Assembly (NCBI GenBank): GCA_963702005.1
Contig: OY969696.1
Span: forward strand, 3,840,001-3,904,000
Length of the DNA stretch: 64,000 nucleotides
Source: Candidatus Aminicenantes bacterium
GTDB taxonomy: Bacteria; Acidobacteriota; Aminicenantia; Aminicenantales; JAFGBC01
Direction: 5' to 3'
Shown here piece after piece: positions 46,892-56,140 of this stretch; position 1 is the stretch's first letter, and each line of letters begins with the position of its first letter. The notes below the pieces were generated by a model. It had not been told where the DNA came from. It was given only the letters and a program-made list of their open reading frames with translations, and did not search any database. Made by a program: the position numbers and the translations under genes.

Positions 46892-48252
46892 GCTCTCCTC
46901 CTTGAAGCCATCAGGGCCGTGTAGGAAACCAGGGCGATCCCGTACCCGGGGAGCCAGCGGAAAAAGAGATGGATCGGCATCACGAAGCAAACGACCAGGG
47001 TTCCGATCCAGACGATGAGCGCCGTCCAATTGAACGCCCAGCCCCGCTTCTCCGCCCGGTACTGCTCGATCTTGAGGAGCGGGAAGAGCCAATGCTCGGC
47101 GAAGACGATGGCGCCGATCGGCATTAAGATGAGCCCGTAGATCGCCACGTAATCCAGGAGTTTCAGGAAGAAGATCGGGAAGCAGGCCAGGATCGTGGTC
47201 GCAGTCCCCGCGCCCAGCGTGATCTTCCAACGCGGCCAGTTCGGCGTCACGGTTTGAAGGGCGAGGCCGGCCCGGTACAACGTCGGGTTGGCGGTCGTCC
47301 AGCCGGCCAGGAGCACGCCCGCGACCCCGGCCCAGCTCGCCGCCTCGAACGCCATCATTCCGGGATGCATCTCGCGGCCGATCGCGGCCACCATGATCCC
47401 CGACGAGATCCAGGCCAGCATGTGCCCCGGATACATTCCGAACGCCGTGTACAGACCGTAGGTCCAGCGCTTGGCGTATCTGAACAGGGCCAGGTCGGAA
47501 AGCCCGACATGCATGGCCAGGTTGCAGAACCAGGCGAAGAACAGGATGTGCCAGAAACCGAATTTGTCCTGGCCCACGACCGCCACCCCGTTCCAGATCT
47601 TGGTCGTGGCTACTTCCCAGAGGTTAGCAAGGTTGGTCTGGACGCCCAGCCTGGGAAGCATGGCGATCGCTCCCGCGATAAACACCAGGAAGATCCAGGG
47701 CGAGCAGACTTGGGCGAACCGGCTGAGCTTCTCGAACCCGAGGATGGCCATGGTCGTAAAGGCCGCCCCCAACGCGAAAATCAGGAGGACCCAGCCCACG
47801 CTGTTGGGGAGGACGGCGCCCAGTCGGGGGACTTCGATCCCGAACACGAGCCCCAGCGCCGTGGCCGAGACCGAGATCATCGCCCCGGCCAGGATGCAAT
47901 AGAGGAAGGCGTTGGCGATGTTGTAGATGATGGTGACCCCGGGCCCGGCGATCCGCCTCAGGTACCAGTAGAGGGTCAGCCGCGTCCGGACCCCGATCGG
48001 CGCGCAGAGGAACGTCCAGGACAGGACGGCCAGCAGGTTGCCGACCAGGAGGCCGAGCAGGAGGTCGCGGGCCGTGACGCCGTGAAGGACGAAGAAGGCC
48101 CCGATGACGAACTCGGTGGCCGCGACGTGCTCACCGGCGAACAGCCCGGCGAATTTCCCGCCGCTCTGGAGCTTGTCGGCCGCGACGGGTTCCCGGTCGA
48201 ACTCATAAAGCCGGTCCATGCGGGCCGCGATGTCAGCGAATCGTAGCGCCAT
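46888..48252 (-). CDS. NCS1 / purine-cytosine permease-like transporter
   Basis: About 12 hydrophobic helices; 'AGEHVAATEFVIG', 'WTTANPTLYRAGL'; RBS GGAGGAGG. Confidence 0.8.
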   Translation of the reverse strand: MALRFADIAARMDRLYEFDREPVAADKLQSGGKFAGLFAGEHVAATEFVIGAFFVLHGVTARDLLLGLLVGNLLAVLSWTFLCAPIGVRTRLTLYWYLRRIAGPGVTIIYNIANAFLYCILAGAMISVSATALGLVFGIEVPRLGAVLPNSVGWVLLIFALGAAFTTMAILGFEKLSRFAQVCSPWIFLVFIAGAIAMLPRLGVQTNLANLWEVATTKIWNGVAVVGQDKFGFWHILFFAWFCNLAMHVGLSDLALFRYAKRWTYGLYTAFGMYPGHMLAWISSGIMVAAIGREMHPGMMAFEAASWAGVAGVLLAGWTTANPTLYRAGLALQTVTPNWPRWKITLGAGTATTILACFPIFFLKLLDYVAIYGLILMPIGAIVFAEHWLFPLLKIEQYRAEKRGWAFNWTALIVWIGTLVVCFVMPIHLFFRWLPGYGIALVSYTALMASRRRA

Positions 48253-48432
48253 CCCTCCTCCTTTCCGGCCCGAACGGCGGGCCGTGGCAGAGCGCGGCCC
48301 TATTAAATCACACCGCTCGGGTCCTGAACAAGAAAAGATATTTTTTGGGAAGGACTATTTAATCAGGATGATCTCGGTCTGGCGGCCGTCGAGCCAGGAG
48401 ACCCCGCGCCGGAAGGGCGCGGACTGATACCT

Positions 48433-48465
48433 GGTCAAAAGCGACAAAGTGCAGGTTTGATCCCG
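48433..48465. repeat. Degenerate, partly deleted copy of the GGGGTCAAACC palindromic element
   Basis: GACAAAGTGCAGGTTTGATCCCG matches the reverse complement of the 51562 element arm at 21/23; remnant GGTCAAA upstream. Confidence 0.65.
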
Positions 48466-48467
48466 GT

Positions 48468-50231
48468 CTATCGGCCGAGCGGCCGGATCTGCTTCGTAAA
48501 CAAAACGCGCAGCCGATTCGGGTTCATAACATCGGGAGACAGCCAGTCCGCGGCGATCGGGCGGAACGAGGTCACGACCGCGCCCTTTCCATCGGACGCC
48601 TGCGGCCTGCCGTCCGGCGATAGGTCAAGGCTCCCGTCCGAAGCGACCAGGATGTTGCTGAAGGCGTCCACATCTGCATACGCGCTCGAAATTGCCAGGC
48701 AGAGGGGGCCGTCGAAGACGGCCGCCGCGGCCGCTCCCGAGTCGGGCCAGGAGACAAGCCTCAGCGAGCCCGCGAAGGCGATCTCGACGCGGTCGCCTGA
48801 CCGCCATTTACGGTCGAGCACGATCCGCCCGTCCCCGGTCCGGGCCGCGCCGACCGCGTCCCGGCCGTTGAGTTTCAGGGCCGTCCCCCGCGCCCAGTCG
48901 GGAACGCGGAGCCGGAGGGCCGATTCAAGGGGCTTGTCGCAGTGGACGGTCAGGAGCGCCCTGCTCATACGCGGGAAATCGCTTTCGATCTCGATGCGGG
49001 CGCCGAGCTCGGGAAGGTCGACCGCCGCGCTCGGGTAGAGGTTGACCTCCAGGGCGCCCTCGGACCGGGTCACGATATACCGGCCGAGCTGGCCGAGAGC
49101 CCACTCCCCCCACATCGAACAGCAGCCCGGGTTCTCGCTCCCAAACTTTCCGGCCCAGCCCTGCCACTGCTTCCCGCCGATGACGTCGGCCGCGTACCGC
49201 CGGTGGCCGAAGCCGCCGGTGTGAAACTGGTTCATGAACAAGTGGTTGACCAGGGTGTGCTCGGCGTCGTCGAGGTAGGCGTCGCGGCCGGTCGCCTGGA
49301 ACATCATGAGGTTGACCACGACGAAGTCCGCGAGGGCGCAGCCCTCGTCCTGCTCGGAGCGGGGCATGCTTTCGGGGAGGCCGCCGCTCACGATCCGGTT
49401 CTCCCGGCACCACTCGAGATAATCCTCGACGCGGTCGAGAAGCGAGCGATCGCCCGTCGCCCGGGCAAGGTCGATGACGCCTCTGTACATCGAGAGCGAA
49501 TGGTGGGTATGGCCGGTCCTCCCGGCGCGGACCGCCGCTTTCTTCGCCAGGTCAAGCGCCCAGCGGTCGCCGCCGAGCTCGTAAAGCCGGACGAGTCCGT
49601 CGAGGCAATGCCCGTAGAATTCGTGCAGCATTCCCTTTCCGTTGTCTTTCCAGGTGTCGAAGGCGGCTTCGAAGTAGCGGGCCAGCTTTCGGGCGGCATC
49701 GAGATACCTGGGATCGCCCGAATCCTCGTAGGCATCCATGAGCCCGCGCAGGGCGAATGCGTTCCCCGAGATGATCCTCGCGTCCTTGTTGTCGTACGGC
49801 GTTTCCAGGCCGAAGTTCCCGAGCCGGGTCTGGCAGGGAAGAATCGCGTCAGCGACCGAAGCGCGGAGCGATTTGGCCGGCGTCCAGCCGTAGCCCTCGG
49901 CCACATGCATGACGGAAAACATTCGGCCGAGTTGGTCGCCCGGCCAGTCGTACCAAAGAGCGGCCCCCGGCGTCGCGGAGGCGTTTGATTTGTAGGAATC
50001 GATCGAATAACGGTCCTGGCGGGAGAGCAGGTTGGCGGTGGCCGTGGCGAAGCGGGCGCCAAGCTCCCCTTTGAGCGTGACCCGGCCGAACGATGCCGGC
50101 GTGCGTGGGGAGGCCTCGGCCGGCGGAAGCCGCGATTCGCGCGGTTTCGAGCAGGCCGGCGCGAGGAGCGCCGCCGCCAGGATGACCGACGCCGTCCGGG
50201 TCAAGCGACCCCTAGGAATGCGGCGACACAT
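48468..50231 (-). CDS. GH127/GH146-like beta-L-arabinofuranosidase-domain lipoprotein
   Basis: Lipobox LLAPAC; 'VSGGLPE', 'DEGCALAD', 'NPGCC', 'VNLYP', 'LRVPDWA', 'WRSGDRVEI'. Confidence 0.8.
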   Translation of the reverse strand: MCRRIPRGRLTRTASVILAAALLAPACSKPRESRLPPAEASPRTPASFGRVTLKGELGARFATATANLLSRQDRYSIDSYKSNASATPGAALWYDWPGDQLGRMFSVMHVAEGYGWTPAKSLRASVADAILPCQTRLGNFGLETPYDNKDARIISGNAFALRGLMDAYEDSGDPRYLDAARKLARYFEAAFDTWKDNGKGMLHEFYGHCLDGLVRLYELGGDRWALDLAKKAAVRAGRTGHTHHSLSMYRGVIDLARATGDRSLLDRVEDYLEWCRENRIVSGGLPESMPRSEQDEGCALADFVVVNLMMFQATGRDAYLDDAEHTLVNHLFMNQFHTGGFGHRRYAADVIGGKQWQGWAGKFGSENPGCCSMWGEWALGQLGRYIVTRSEGALEVNLYPSAAVDLPELGARIEIESDFPRMSRALLTVHCDKPLESALRLRVPDWARGTALKLNGRDAVGAARTGDGRIVLDRKWRSGDRVEIAFAGSLRLVSWPDSGAAAAAVFDGPLCLAISSAYADVDAFSNILVASDGSLDLSPDGRPQASDGKGAVVTSFRPIAADWLSPDVMNPNRLRVLFTKQIRPLGR

Positions 50232-50241
50232 GGCTCGTTCG

Positions 50242-51495
50242 CTAATTCCCGGGATTGCCGGGACGGATCCTGACCAGGACGACGCCGTGGGCGGGAACGA
50301 CCGCCTGGAAGCGCTGGTCGAAATGCATTCCCAGGTCCGAGTGAACGCCCAGGTCCTTGTGGGCCCACAGGTCGCGCACCCGGGCCGGTCCGGGCGGAAT
50401 CCCGATCTGCGACCAGCGCACGTAGAGTTCGAGTTCCTTCGGCGTCAAGTTCAGGAAAGCCACGGCGCGCGAGCCGTCGCTGAGAGGCTTCATCCAGACC
50501 TGGCCGCCGTAACCGCGGTCGATGACGATGCGTCCCTGGACGCCGAGCGGGTCCTGGTCGACCTCGATGACCTCGCGGTTGAGGAGGATCTCCCTGGTTT
50601 CATCGGTCATGTTGCGGAGGTCGTTGCCGGCCATGAGCGGGGCGGCCATGACCGCCCACAGCGAGAAATGGGCCCTGTATTCGTCGCGGGTCATGCCGCC
50701 GTTCCCGACCTCGAGCATGTCGGGGTCGTTCCAATGGCCGGGGCCGGCCGCTTCATAGAGGCGCGAATTGGCGTTGCTGATCCAAGCCACGCTCTCCCAG
50801 CTGTCCCCGATATCGGCGGTGGTCCGCCAGAGCTGGCCGACGCCGGGCGCCCAGGTCCAGGGATCGTTCCGCCCCCACTCGCAGATGCTGAGGACGATGG
50901 GCCGTCCGGCCCGACGCAGGGCGTCCCGAAACTTGGTATACGCGACGCGCGGATCGAGGTCATCGGCGTTACACCAGTCGACCTTGATGTAGTCCGCGCC
51001 CCACTCCGCGTAGGTCGCGGCATCCCTATCCTCGAATCCGAACGAGGCGGGGCGGCCGGCGCAGGTTTTGGGCCCGACGTCCGTATAGAGGCCGAAGAGG
51101 AGGCCCTTGCCATGGACATAATCGGCCAAGGCCTTCATTCCGCCGGGGAAGCGCTGGGGGTCGGCGACGATGCGGCCGTCCGCGCCCCGCGCGACCTGCC
51201 AGCAGTCGTCGATGACAAGATACTTGTAGCCGGCTCCGAGCATGCCGGTCGCGACCATGGCGTCGGCCGTCTCGCGGATGAGCTTCTCGTCGACGTTGCA
51301 GCCGAACTTGTTCCAGGTGTTGAAGCCCATGGGCGGGGTCGGGGCGAGCGAAACATCGATAGTCGGCTCGGCGGATGCGCCGGGTTCGACGGGCGCGGGC
51401 GCTTGCGGCTTGGAGCCGCAGCCGGTCATCACGACGGACATGAGCGCCGCCGCGAGCATTCCTGAGGCCGTCCGAATGGTCTTCGGGATTTTCAT
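50242..51495 (-). CDS. GH27 alpha-galactosidase lipoprotein
   Basis: Lipobox VMTGC; 'TPPMGFNTWN', 'IDDCW', 'DYIKVDWC', 'WRTTADI', 'WNDPDMLEVGN'. Confidence 0.95.
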   Translation of the reverse strand: MKIPKTIRTASGMLAAALMSVVMTGCGSKPQAPAPVEPGASAEPTIDVSLAPTPPMGFNTWNKFGCNVDEKLIRETADAMVATGMLGAGYKYLVIDDCWQVARGADGRIVADPQRFPGGMKALADYVHGKGLLFGLYTDVGPKTCAGRPASFGFEDRDAATYAEWGADYIKVDWCNADDLDPRVAYTKFRDALRRAGRPIVLSICEWGRNDPWTWAPGVGQLWRTTADIGDSWESVAWISNANSRLYEAAGPGHWNDPDMLEVGNGGMTRDEYRAHFSLWAVMAAPLMAGNDLRNMTDETREILLNREVIEVDQDPLGVQGRIVIDRGYGGQVWMKPLSDGSRAVAFLNLTPKELELYVRWSQIGIPPGPARVRDLWAHKDLGVHSDLGMHFDQRFQAVVPAHGVVLVRIRPGNPGN

Positions 51496-51561
51496 GGGCT
51501 CCTCCATTTCATCTCGATCTCGGCTCAATATACGACCTCCCCAGCGGCGATGTCAAACGAC

Positions 51562-51618
51562 GTCGGGGTCAAACCTACACTTTGTCAATTCGTGCCAAAG
51601 TGTAGGTTTGACCCCGAC
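51562..51618. repeat. 51-bp GGGGTCAAACC...GGTTTGACCCC palindromic element, copy 1
   Basis: 23-bp perfect IR GTCGGGGTCAAACCTACACTTTG / CAAAGTGTAGGTTTGACCCCGAC with 11-nt loop; lies between divergent genes. Confidence 0.92.
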
Positions 51619-51641
51619 TTGCGCTATAATTCCCGGAAGGA

Positions 51642-53639
51642 ATGGGCATGCACGGATCTCGAAAACGGCTGACGGCCCTGGCCGTAATCCTTTTCGGACT
51701 GGCCGCCGTATGGACGGGGAGAGCGGCCCAAGACGCCCTTCCGAACCTGGTCATCCTCTTCAGCCACGACCTCCATTCCAACGTCCTCGCCCGCCCGGTT
51801 GTCGCCGAAAACGGAACCCGGACCGAGTCGGGCGGTTTCGCCCGCCTGGCAACCTTGATCCGACAGGAGCGCCGGCGCGCCGCCGCGCCGCCCCTTGTCG
51901 TGGACGGCGGCGATTACAGCATGGGCACCCTCTTCCATACGCTGTTCATGACCGAATCGGCCGAGCTCCGGCTCCTCGGACTCATGGGTTACGACGCCGC
52001 GACGCTCGGCAACCACGAGTTCGATTTCCGCCTCGACGGCCTGGCCCGGAGCCTGTCCGCGGCCAAGGCCAAGGGGTCGATCCTGCCCGCCCTCGTCGTT
52101 TCCAACCTGGCCGTCGAGGGCTCGGGAGCCGTCGCCGAAGCGGGCCGGGCCGCCCTCCGCGACTATCCCGTCCGCGATTATGCCGTCTTCGAGCGCGCCG
52201 GCCGGAAAGTCGGCGTGTTCGGGATCTTCGGCCTCAACGCCGCCGACGACGCGCCCTTTGCCGGCCCCGCGGTTTTTCTGAATCCCGTCGAGCAGGCCCG
52301 CCGGGTGGTCGACGTGTTGCGGACGCGGGAAAAGGCCGAGCTCGTCGTCTGCCTTTCCCATACGGGCATCAAGCCGGATCGCTCGCGGGCCTGGGATCTC
52401 CTTCTGGCCGAGGAGGTCCCCGGCATCGACGTCATCGTCAGCGGCCATACCCATACGATCCTGACCGAGCCGATCGCCGTCGGGCGCACGCTGATCGTAT
52501 CGTCCGGCAGCAACGGCGACTTTCTGGGCCGGCTGGAGTTGTCCGGAAGCGGGGAAGCGGGCTTCAAGGCCGTCTCGTATGCGCTCCTCCCGGTCGGCCC
52601 CCAGGTCCCGGAAGATCCCGCCGTCGCCGAAGCGGCCGCCGGATTCAAGGGACTGATCGAGCGCCGATTCCTCTCTCGCTATCCGAAAGGCTTCGACGAG
52701 GTCCTGGCCGAAAGCGCGTTCGACATGGAAACGCCCGAAGCCATAGAAGAGAGCGGCGCCGAGTCCGGCCTGGGCGACCTCGTCGTCGACGCCTTCCGGG
52801 AGGCCGTGCGCAAGGCCGAAGGGCCGGCCTATCGCCACGTCCACGTCGTCGTCGAGCCGATCGGCGTCATCCGCGATACGGTTCTGCGGGGCTCGGTCAC
52901 CATCGACAGGGCGTTTCGCATTCTATCCCTCGGCCTCGGAGACGACGGCGAACCCGGCTATCCGCTCTTGGGATTCTATCTGAACGGCCGCGAACTCCGG
53001 CGGCTCCTCGAGGTCCAGGCCTCGATCGTGCCCATGAAGAGCGACGCCGCCCTTCAATTCTCGGGAGCAAAATTTTCCTACAATCCGCGCCGCCTGCCCT
53101 TCGACCGGGTCGGCAAGGCGTCCGTCCTCGAGCCCGACGGCTCGTACCGCCCCCTCGAGATGGGGAAGCTCTACCGCATCGTCGTAAACGCCTACACGGC
53201 CGGCATGGTCGGCTATGTCTCCCGGGAATCCCACGGCCTCCTGAGGATGCAGCCCCGCGACGCGGAAGGACGGATTTTGACCGGGATCATGGACTCGGCG
53301 CTGGACGCCGATCCCGCGCGCCCCGGAGTTCAGGAAATCAAGGAATGGAGCGCGCTGGCCGACGCTCTCCGCGCTTTCCCCGACGCGAACGGGAACGGCG
53401 TCCCCGACATTCCCGAACGCTATCGCCGGCCGGAGGGCCGATTCGCCGCGGCGCCGTCCTGGAATCCGGCGAGGCTGCTTCTCGGCGGCAACGGGCTGAC
53501 CTATGCCGTTCTGGGCATTCTCGCCCTGATCGTCGCGGCCGTCATCCTTGTCATAAGGCGGATCGCGCGTCGGCGCCGGGCCCGCCGATTGGTCCGGCCC
53601 GGTCAGCCCGTCGGCCGTCAAACTCAAGGCAATGAATAA
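51642..53639 (+). CDS. 5'-nucleotidase / bifunctional metallophosphoesterase with C-terminal membrane anchor
   Basis: HDLHS, DGGD, GNHEFD, LSH, GHTH motifs; signal peptide; C-terminal TM followed by RRIARRRRARR. Confidence 0.9.
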   Translation: MGMHGSRKRLTALAVILFGLAAVWTGRAAQDALPNLVILFSHDLHSNVLARPVVAENGTRTESGGFARLATLIRQERRRAAAPPLVVDGGDYSMGTLFHTLFMTESAELRLLGLMGYDAATLGNHEFDFRLDGLARSLSAAKAKGSILPALVVSNLAVEGSGAVAEAGRAALRDYPVRDYAVFERAGRKVGVFGIFGLNAADDAPFAGPAVFLNPVEQARRVVDVLRTREKAELVVCLSHTGIKPDRSRAWDLLLAEEVPGIDVIVSGHTHTILTEPIAVGRTLIVSSGSNGDFLGRLELSGSGEAGFKAVSYALLPVGPQVPEDPAVAEAAAGFKGLIERRFLSRYPKGFDEVLAESAFDMETPEAIEESGAESGLGDLVVDAFREAVRKAEGPAYRHVHVVVEPIGVIRDTVLRGSVTIDRAFRILSLGLGDDGEPGYPLLGFYLNGRELRRLLEVQASIVPMKSDAALQFSGAKFSYNPRRLPFDRVGKASVLEPDGSYRPLEMGKLYRIVVNAYTAGMVGYVSRESHGLLRMQPRDAEGRILTGIMDSALDADPARPGVQEIKEWSALADALRAFPDANGNGVPDIPERYRRPEGRFAAAPSWNPARLLLGGNGLTYAVLGILALIVAAVILVIRRIARRRRARRLVRPGQPVGRQTQGNE

Positions 53640-54345
53640 AGGAATCGTGCTGAGCTTGATTCTAAGCGCGACGATGATCAACGGCGCCTTCGGACAATCC
53701 TATCCTTACGGAGACCATTGGTATGAGAACCCGCTGGGTTTCGACCCGGTCGAGCTCCATGCCAGAAACGGCTTCATCATCCCGGCGGCGGCCGTCGCGC
53801 TTTGTCTGCTTTTGACCGACAAAGACCCGTCTCTGACGGACAGGCTTTCTCTCACCAATGAAAGCGGCGTGTCCTGGGGCTACAAATATCCTTACACGAC
53901 CCTGTATCAAAACAACTCCGGAATGGAATATCGACTGAGAAAGTGGCTGTCCGCGGGCGCGGAGTTGGTCCTCTATTTTCCGCGAGACGAATTCAATAAG
54001 ACCTGGGGGATCGGATTGAGGCCGTTCGCGAGGTTTTATCCCTTTCATAAAAGCTCGTGGAAAGTTTTTTTCGAATCGGGGGGCGGCCTCATTTACTTTT
54101 TCCGCAATTTCCCGAGACCGACCGGCCGAGACCCGAGACTCGGTACGCGCTGGAACGGGACGACCAAATACGGAATCGGCGGCGAAATCGCTCTCGGCGG
54201 GGGGATCTCTCTCTTGTTCGGAGTCCGCCATATTCATGTCTCCAACGGCAACGTCAAAGGGGTGGAGAGAAATCCCTCGCATGACAGCAACGGGCTATGG
54301 ATCGGCTTTTCCCATCGGCCAAGGAGGAACCATGGAATTCAATGA
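53632..54345 (+). CDS. PagL-like (acyloxyacyl hydrolase / lipid A deacylase family) beta-barrel protein
   Basis: 'FFESGGGLIY', 'RHIHVSNG...NP' (HxSN catalytic pattern); signal peptide. Confidence 0.6.
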   Translation: MNKGIVLSLILSATMINGAFGQSYPYGDHWYENPLGFDPVELHARNGFIIPAAAVALCLLLTDKDPSLTDRLSLTNESGVSWGYKYPYTTLYQNNSGMEYRLRKWLSAGAELVLYFPRDEFNKTWGIGLRPFARFYPFHKSSWKVFFESGGGLIYFFRNFPRPTGRDPRLGTRWNGTTKYGIGGEIALGGGISLLFGVRHIHVSNGNVKGVERNPSHDSNGLWIGFSHRPRRNHGIQ

Positions 54346-56077
54346 GTACGGTCAAGGGCAGCAAGCTCAAATGAAGCGCCCTAGAATCCTGCTGCCGGTC
54401 GTCCTCTGCCTCGTCTCGTTCGGAGTTCTTCAATCCCCCGCTCAAGAGCCCGTCGCCGCCCAGGTCGTCAAGGAGCTTCGGGCCAAGATGCCCGAGTGGA
54501 TCAAGGAACGGGAGACGCCCGGCGTCGCGGTGGCCGTCGTCGACGACAAGGCGATCCTCTGGCAGGAAGTCTACGGCTATACCAGCCGGCTCAAGGATAA
54601 GCCCGTGACGCCCCGAACCTTGTTCAGCATCCAGTCCATGTCCAAGAGCTTCGCCGCGCTGGGCATACTCATGGCCGTCCAGGACGGGCTCCTCGACCTC
54701 GACGCGCCGATCACGGATTATCTTCCCGATTTCAGCGTCCAGAGCCGTTACGAGGATCATCCCGAGCGGACCATAACCCTCCGACGCCTCCTTTGCCACC
54801 GGGCGGGATTCACGCACGAGGCGCCCGTGGGCGGCAATTTCGACAGCCGTCCGATCACCTTCAACGAGCACATCCTCAGCATCTCCGACACCTGGCTCCG
54901 CTACCCGGTCGGCTACCGATACAGCTACTCGAATTTAGGGATCGACCTGGCCGGCTTCATCCTGGAGAAAAAGTCGGGGAAACCGTTCGCGGCTTATATC
55001 CGCGAGGAGGTGCTGACCCCCTTGGGGATGAACGACAGCACCCTCGACGCGGCCGCCATCCTGAAGGCGGAGGACCGCGCGATCGGCCACGCCGCGCCCA
55101 ACCTGGCCGTCTCCGGGGGAATTCCGGTCGAGATCCCCCTTATCCCTTCCGGCGGCGTTTACACCAATATCCTCGACATGGCGCGCTACCTCCTGTTCCA
55201 TATTAACGAGGGTTGCGTAGACGGACGCCGGCTGCTGCGCGAGGATCTGATGCGGGCCATGCATACGGTCGCCTTCCCCGAGCCCCACGAGAGGTTCGGG
55301 TATGGGCTGGGGATCGGGGTCGATCATTTCGGGCCGTATGTCTATTATTCCCACGGCGGGGGCGGCTACGGCTTCACGAGCCAGATGATCATGTTCCCCG
55401 GGCTCAAACTGGGCGTCATCGTCCTGACGAATTCGGAATACGGCAGCATCGCCGGAGGCCGGATCTCCGCCCTCATCGGCGACTTGATCGAAAAATCGGC
55501 CGGCCCTCCGGGCCCGGAGTTCGAAAAGCCGACGGTCGATACCCGCAGCCCGCTCGCGCCCGCTGACGCCCGGATTCAGAGGCTCGCCGGCGAATACGGG
55601 AACAACGTCGTCGTCGGGCTCAAGGACGGCGTTTTCGGCATCGCCATCGGAAAGGACTTCTACCCGCTTTCCTTTTACGATGACCGGGGCGAGGTTGTCG
55701 GCGTGTTCGGCAAATACTCCGAGCTTCGGGTCAAGCCGCCGCTCCTCGACCAGCCCGGGACACTTGTCCACCTCAACCGCCTGTCCGGGACGATTTCCTA
55801 TTATGACTTCCACAAGCCGGAAAAATCGGCCGACAAGCCGGGGCCGGACAAGCCGGAATGGAAGCGGTATCTCGGGGTCTACAGGACGCTCATGTGGGGC
55901 AGGGCTTTTGGATTTGTGGCGACGATCGGCATCGGCGACGGCTATCTGACGTTCAACGGGATGCGCTGCCGCGAGCACCTGCCGGGGCTCTTCTTCACCT
56001 TCGACGGGGAAGCGCTCGATTTCCGGGGGACGGTCGCGACCTTCCGCAACATCCCCCTGATCCGCACCAAGAGATAA
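54332..56077 (+). CDS. Serine hydrolase, beta-lactamase/AmpC-like family (alternative start 54371)
   Basis: SMSK (SxxK), 'LLCHRAG', YSN, HGG; RBS AAGGAGG before 54332. Confidence 0.88.
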   Translation: MEFNEYGQGQQAQMKRPRILLPVVLCLVSFGVLQSPAQEPVAAQVVKELRAKMPEWIKERETPGVAVAVVDDKAILWQEVYGYTSRLKDKPVTPRTLFSIQSMSKSFAALGILMAVQDGLLDLDAPITDYLPDFSVQSRYEDHPERTITLRRLLCHRAGFTHEAPVGGNFDSRPITFNEHILSISDTWLRYPVGYRYSYSNLGIDLAGFILEKKSGKPFAAYIREEVLTPLGMNDSTLDAAAILKAEDRAIGHAAPNLAVSGGIPVEIPLIPSGGVYTNILDMARYLLFHINEGCVDGRRLLREDLMRAMHTVAFPEPHERFGYGLGIGVDHFGPYVYYSHGGGGYGFTSQMIMFPGLKLGVIVLTNSEYGSIAGGRISALIGDLIEKSAGPPGPEFEKPTVDTRSPLAPADARIQRLAGEYGNNVVVGLKDGVFGIAIGKDFYPLSFYDDRGEVVGVFGKYSELRVKPPLLDQPGTLVHLNRLSGTISYYDFHKPEKSADKPGPDKPEWKRYLGVYRTLMWGRAFGFVATIGIGDGYLTFNGMRCREHLPGLFFTFDGEALDFRGTVATFRNIPLIRTKR

Positions 56078-56140
56078 TAATCGGGGTCAAACCTACACTT
56101 TTGCACTTTTTACCAAAGTGTAGGTTTGACCCCGATTATT
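56076..56140. repeat. 51-bp GGGGTCAAACC...GGTTTGACCCC palindromic element, copy 2
   Basis: 26-bp perfect IR AATAATCGGGGTCAAACCTACACTTT / AAAGTGTAGGTTTGACCCCGATTATT; fills the gap between convergent stop codons. Confidence 0.92.

Noticed and set aside
51608-51630. Promoter formed by the palindrome's TTGACC and downstream TATAAT
   Set aside because: Spacing is only 11 bp; the -10 may be real but this -35 pairing is not supported
54332-56077. Antibiotic-resistance beta-lactamase
   Set aside because: Motifs support only the broad serine hydrolase family (HGG rather than KTG), with an extra C-terminal domain
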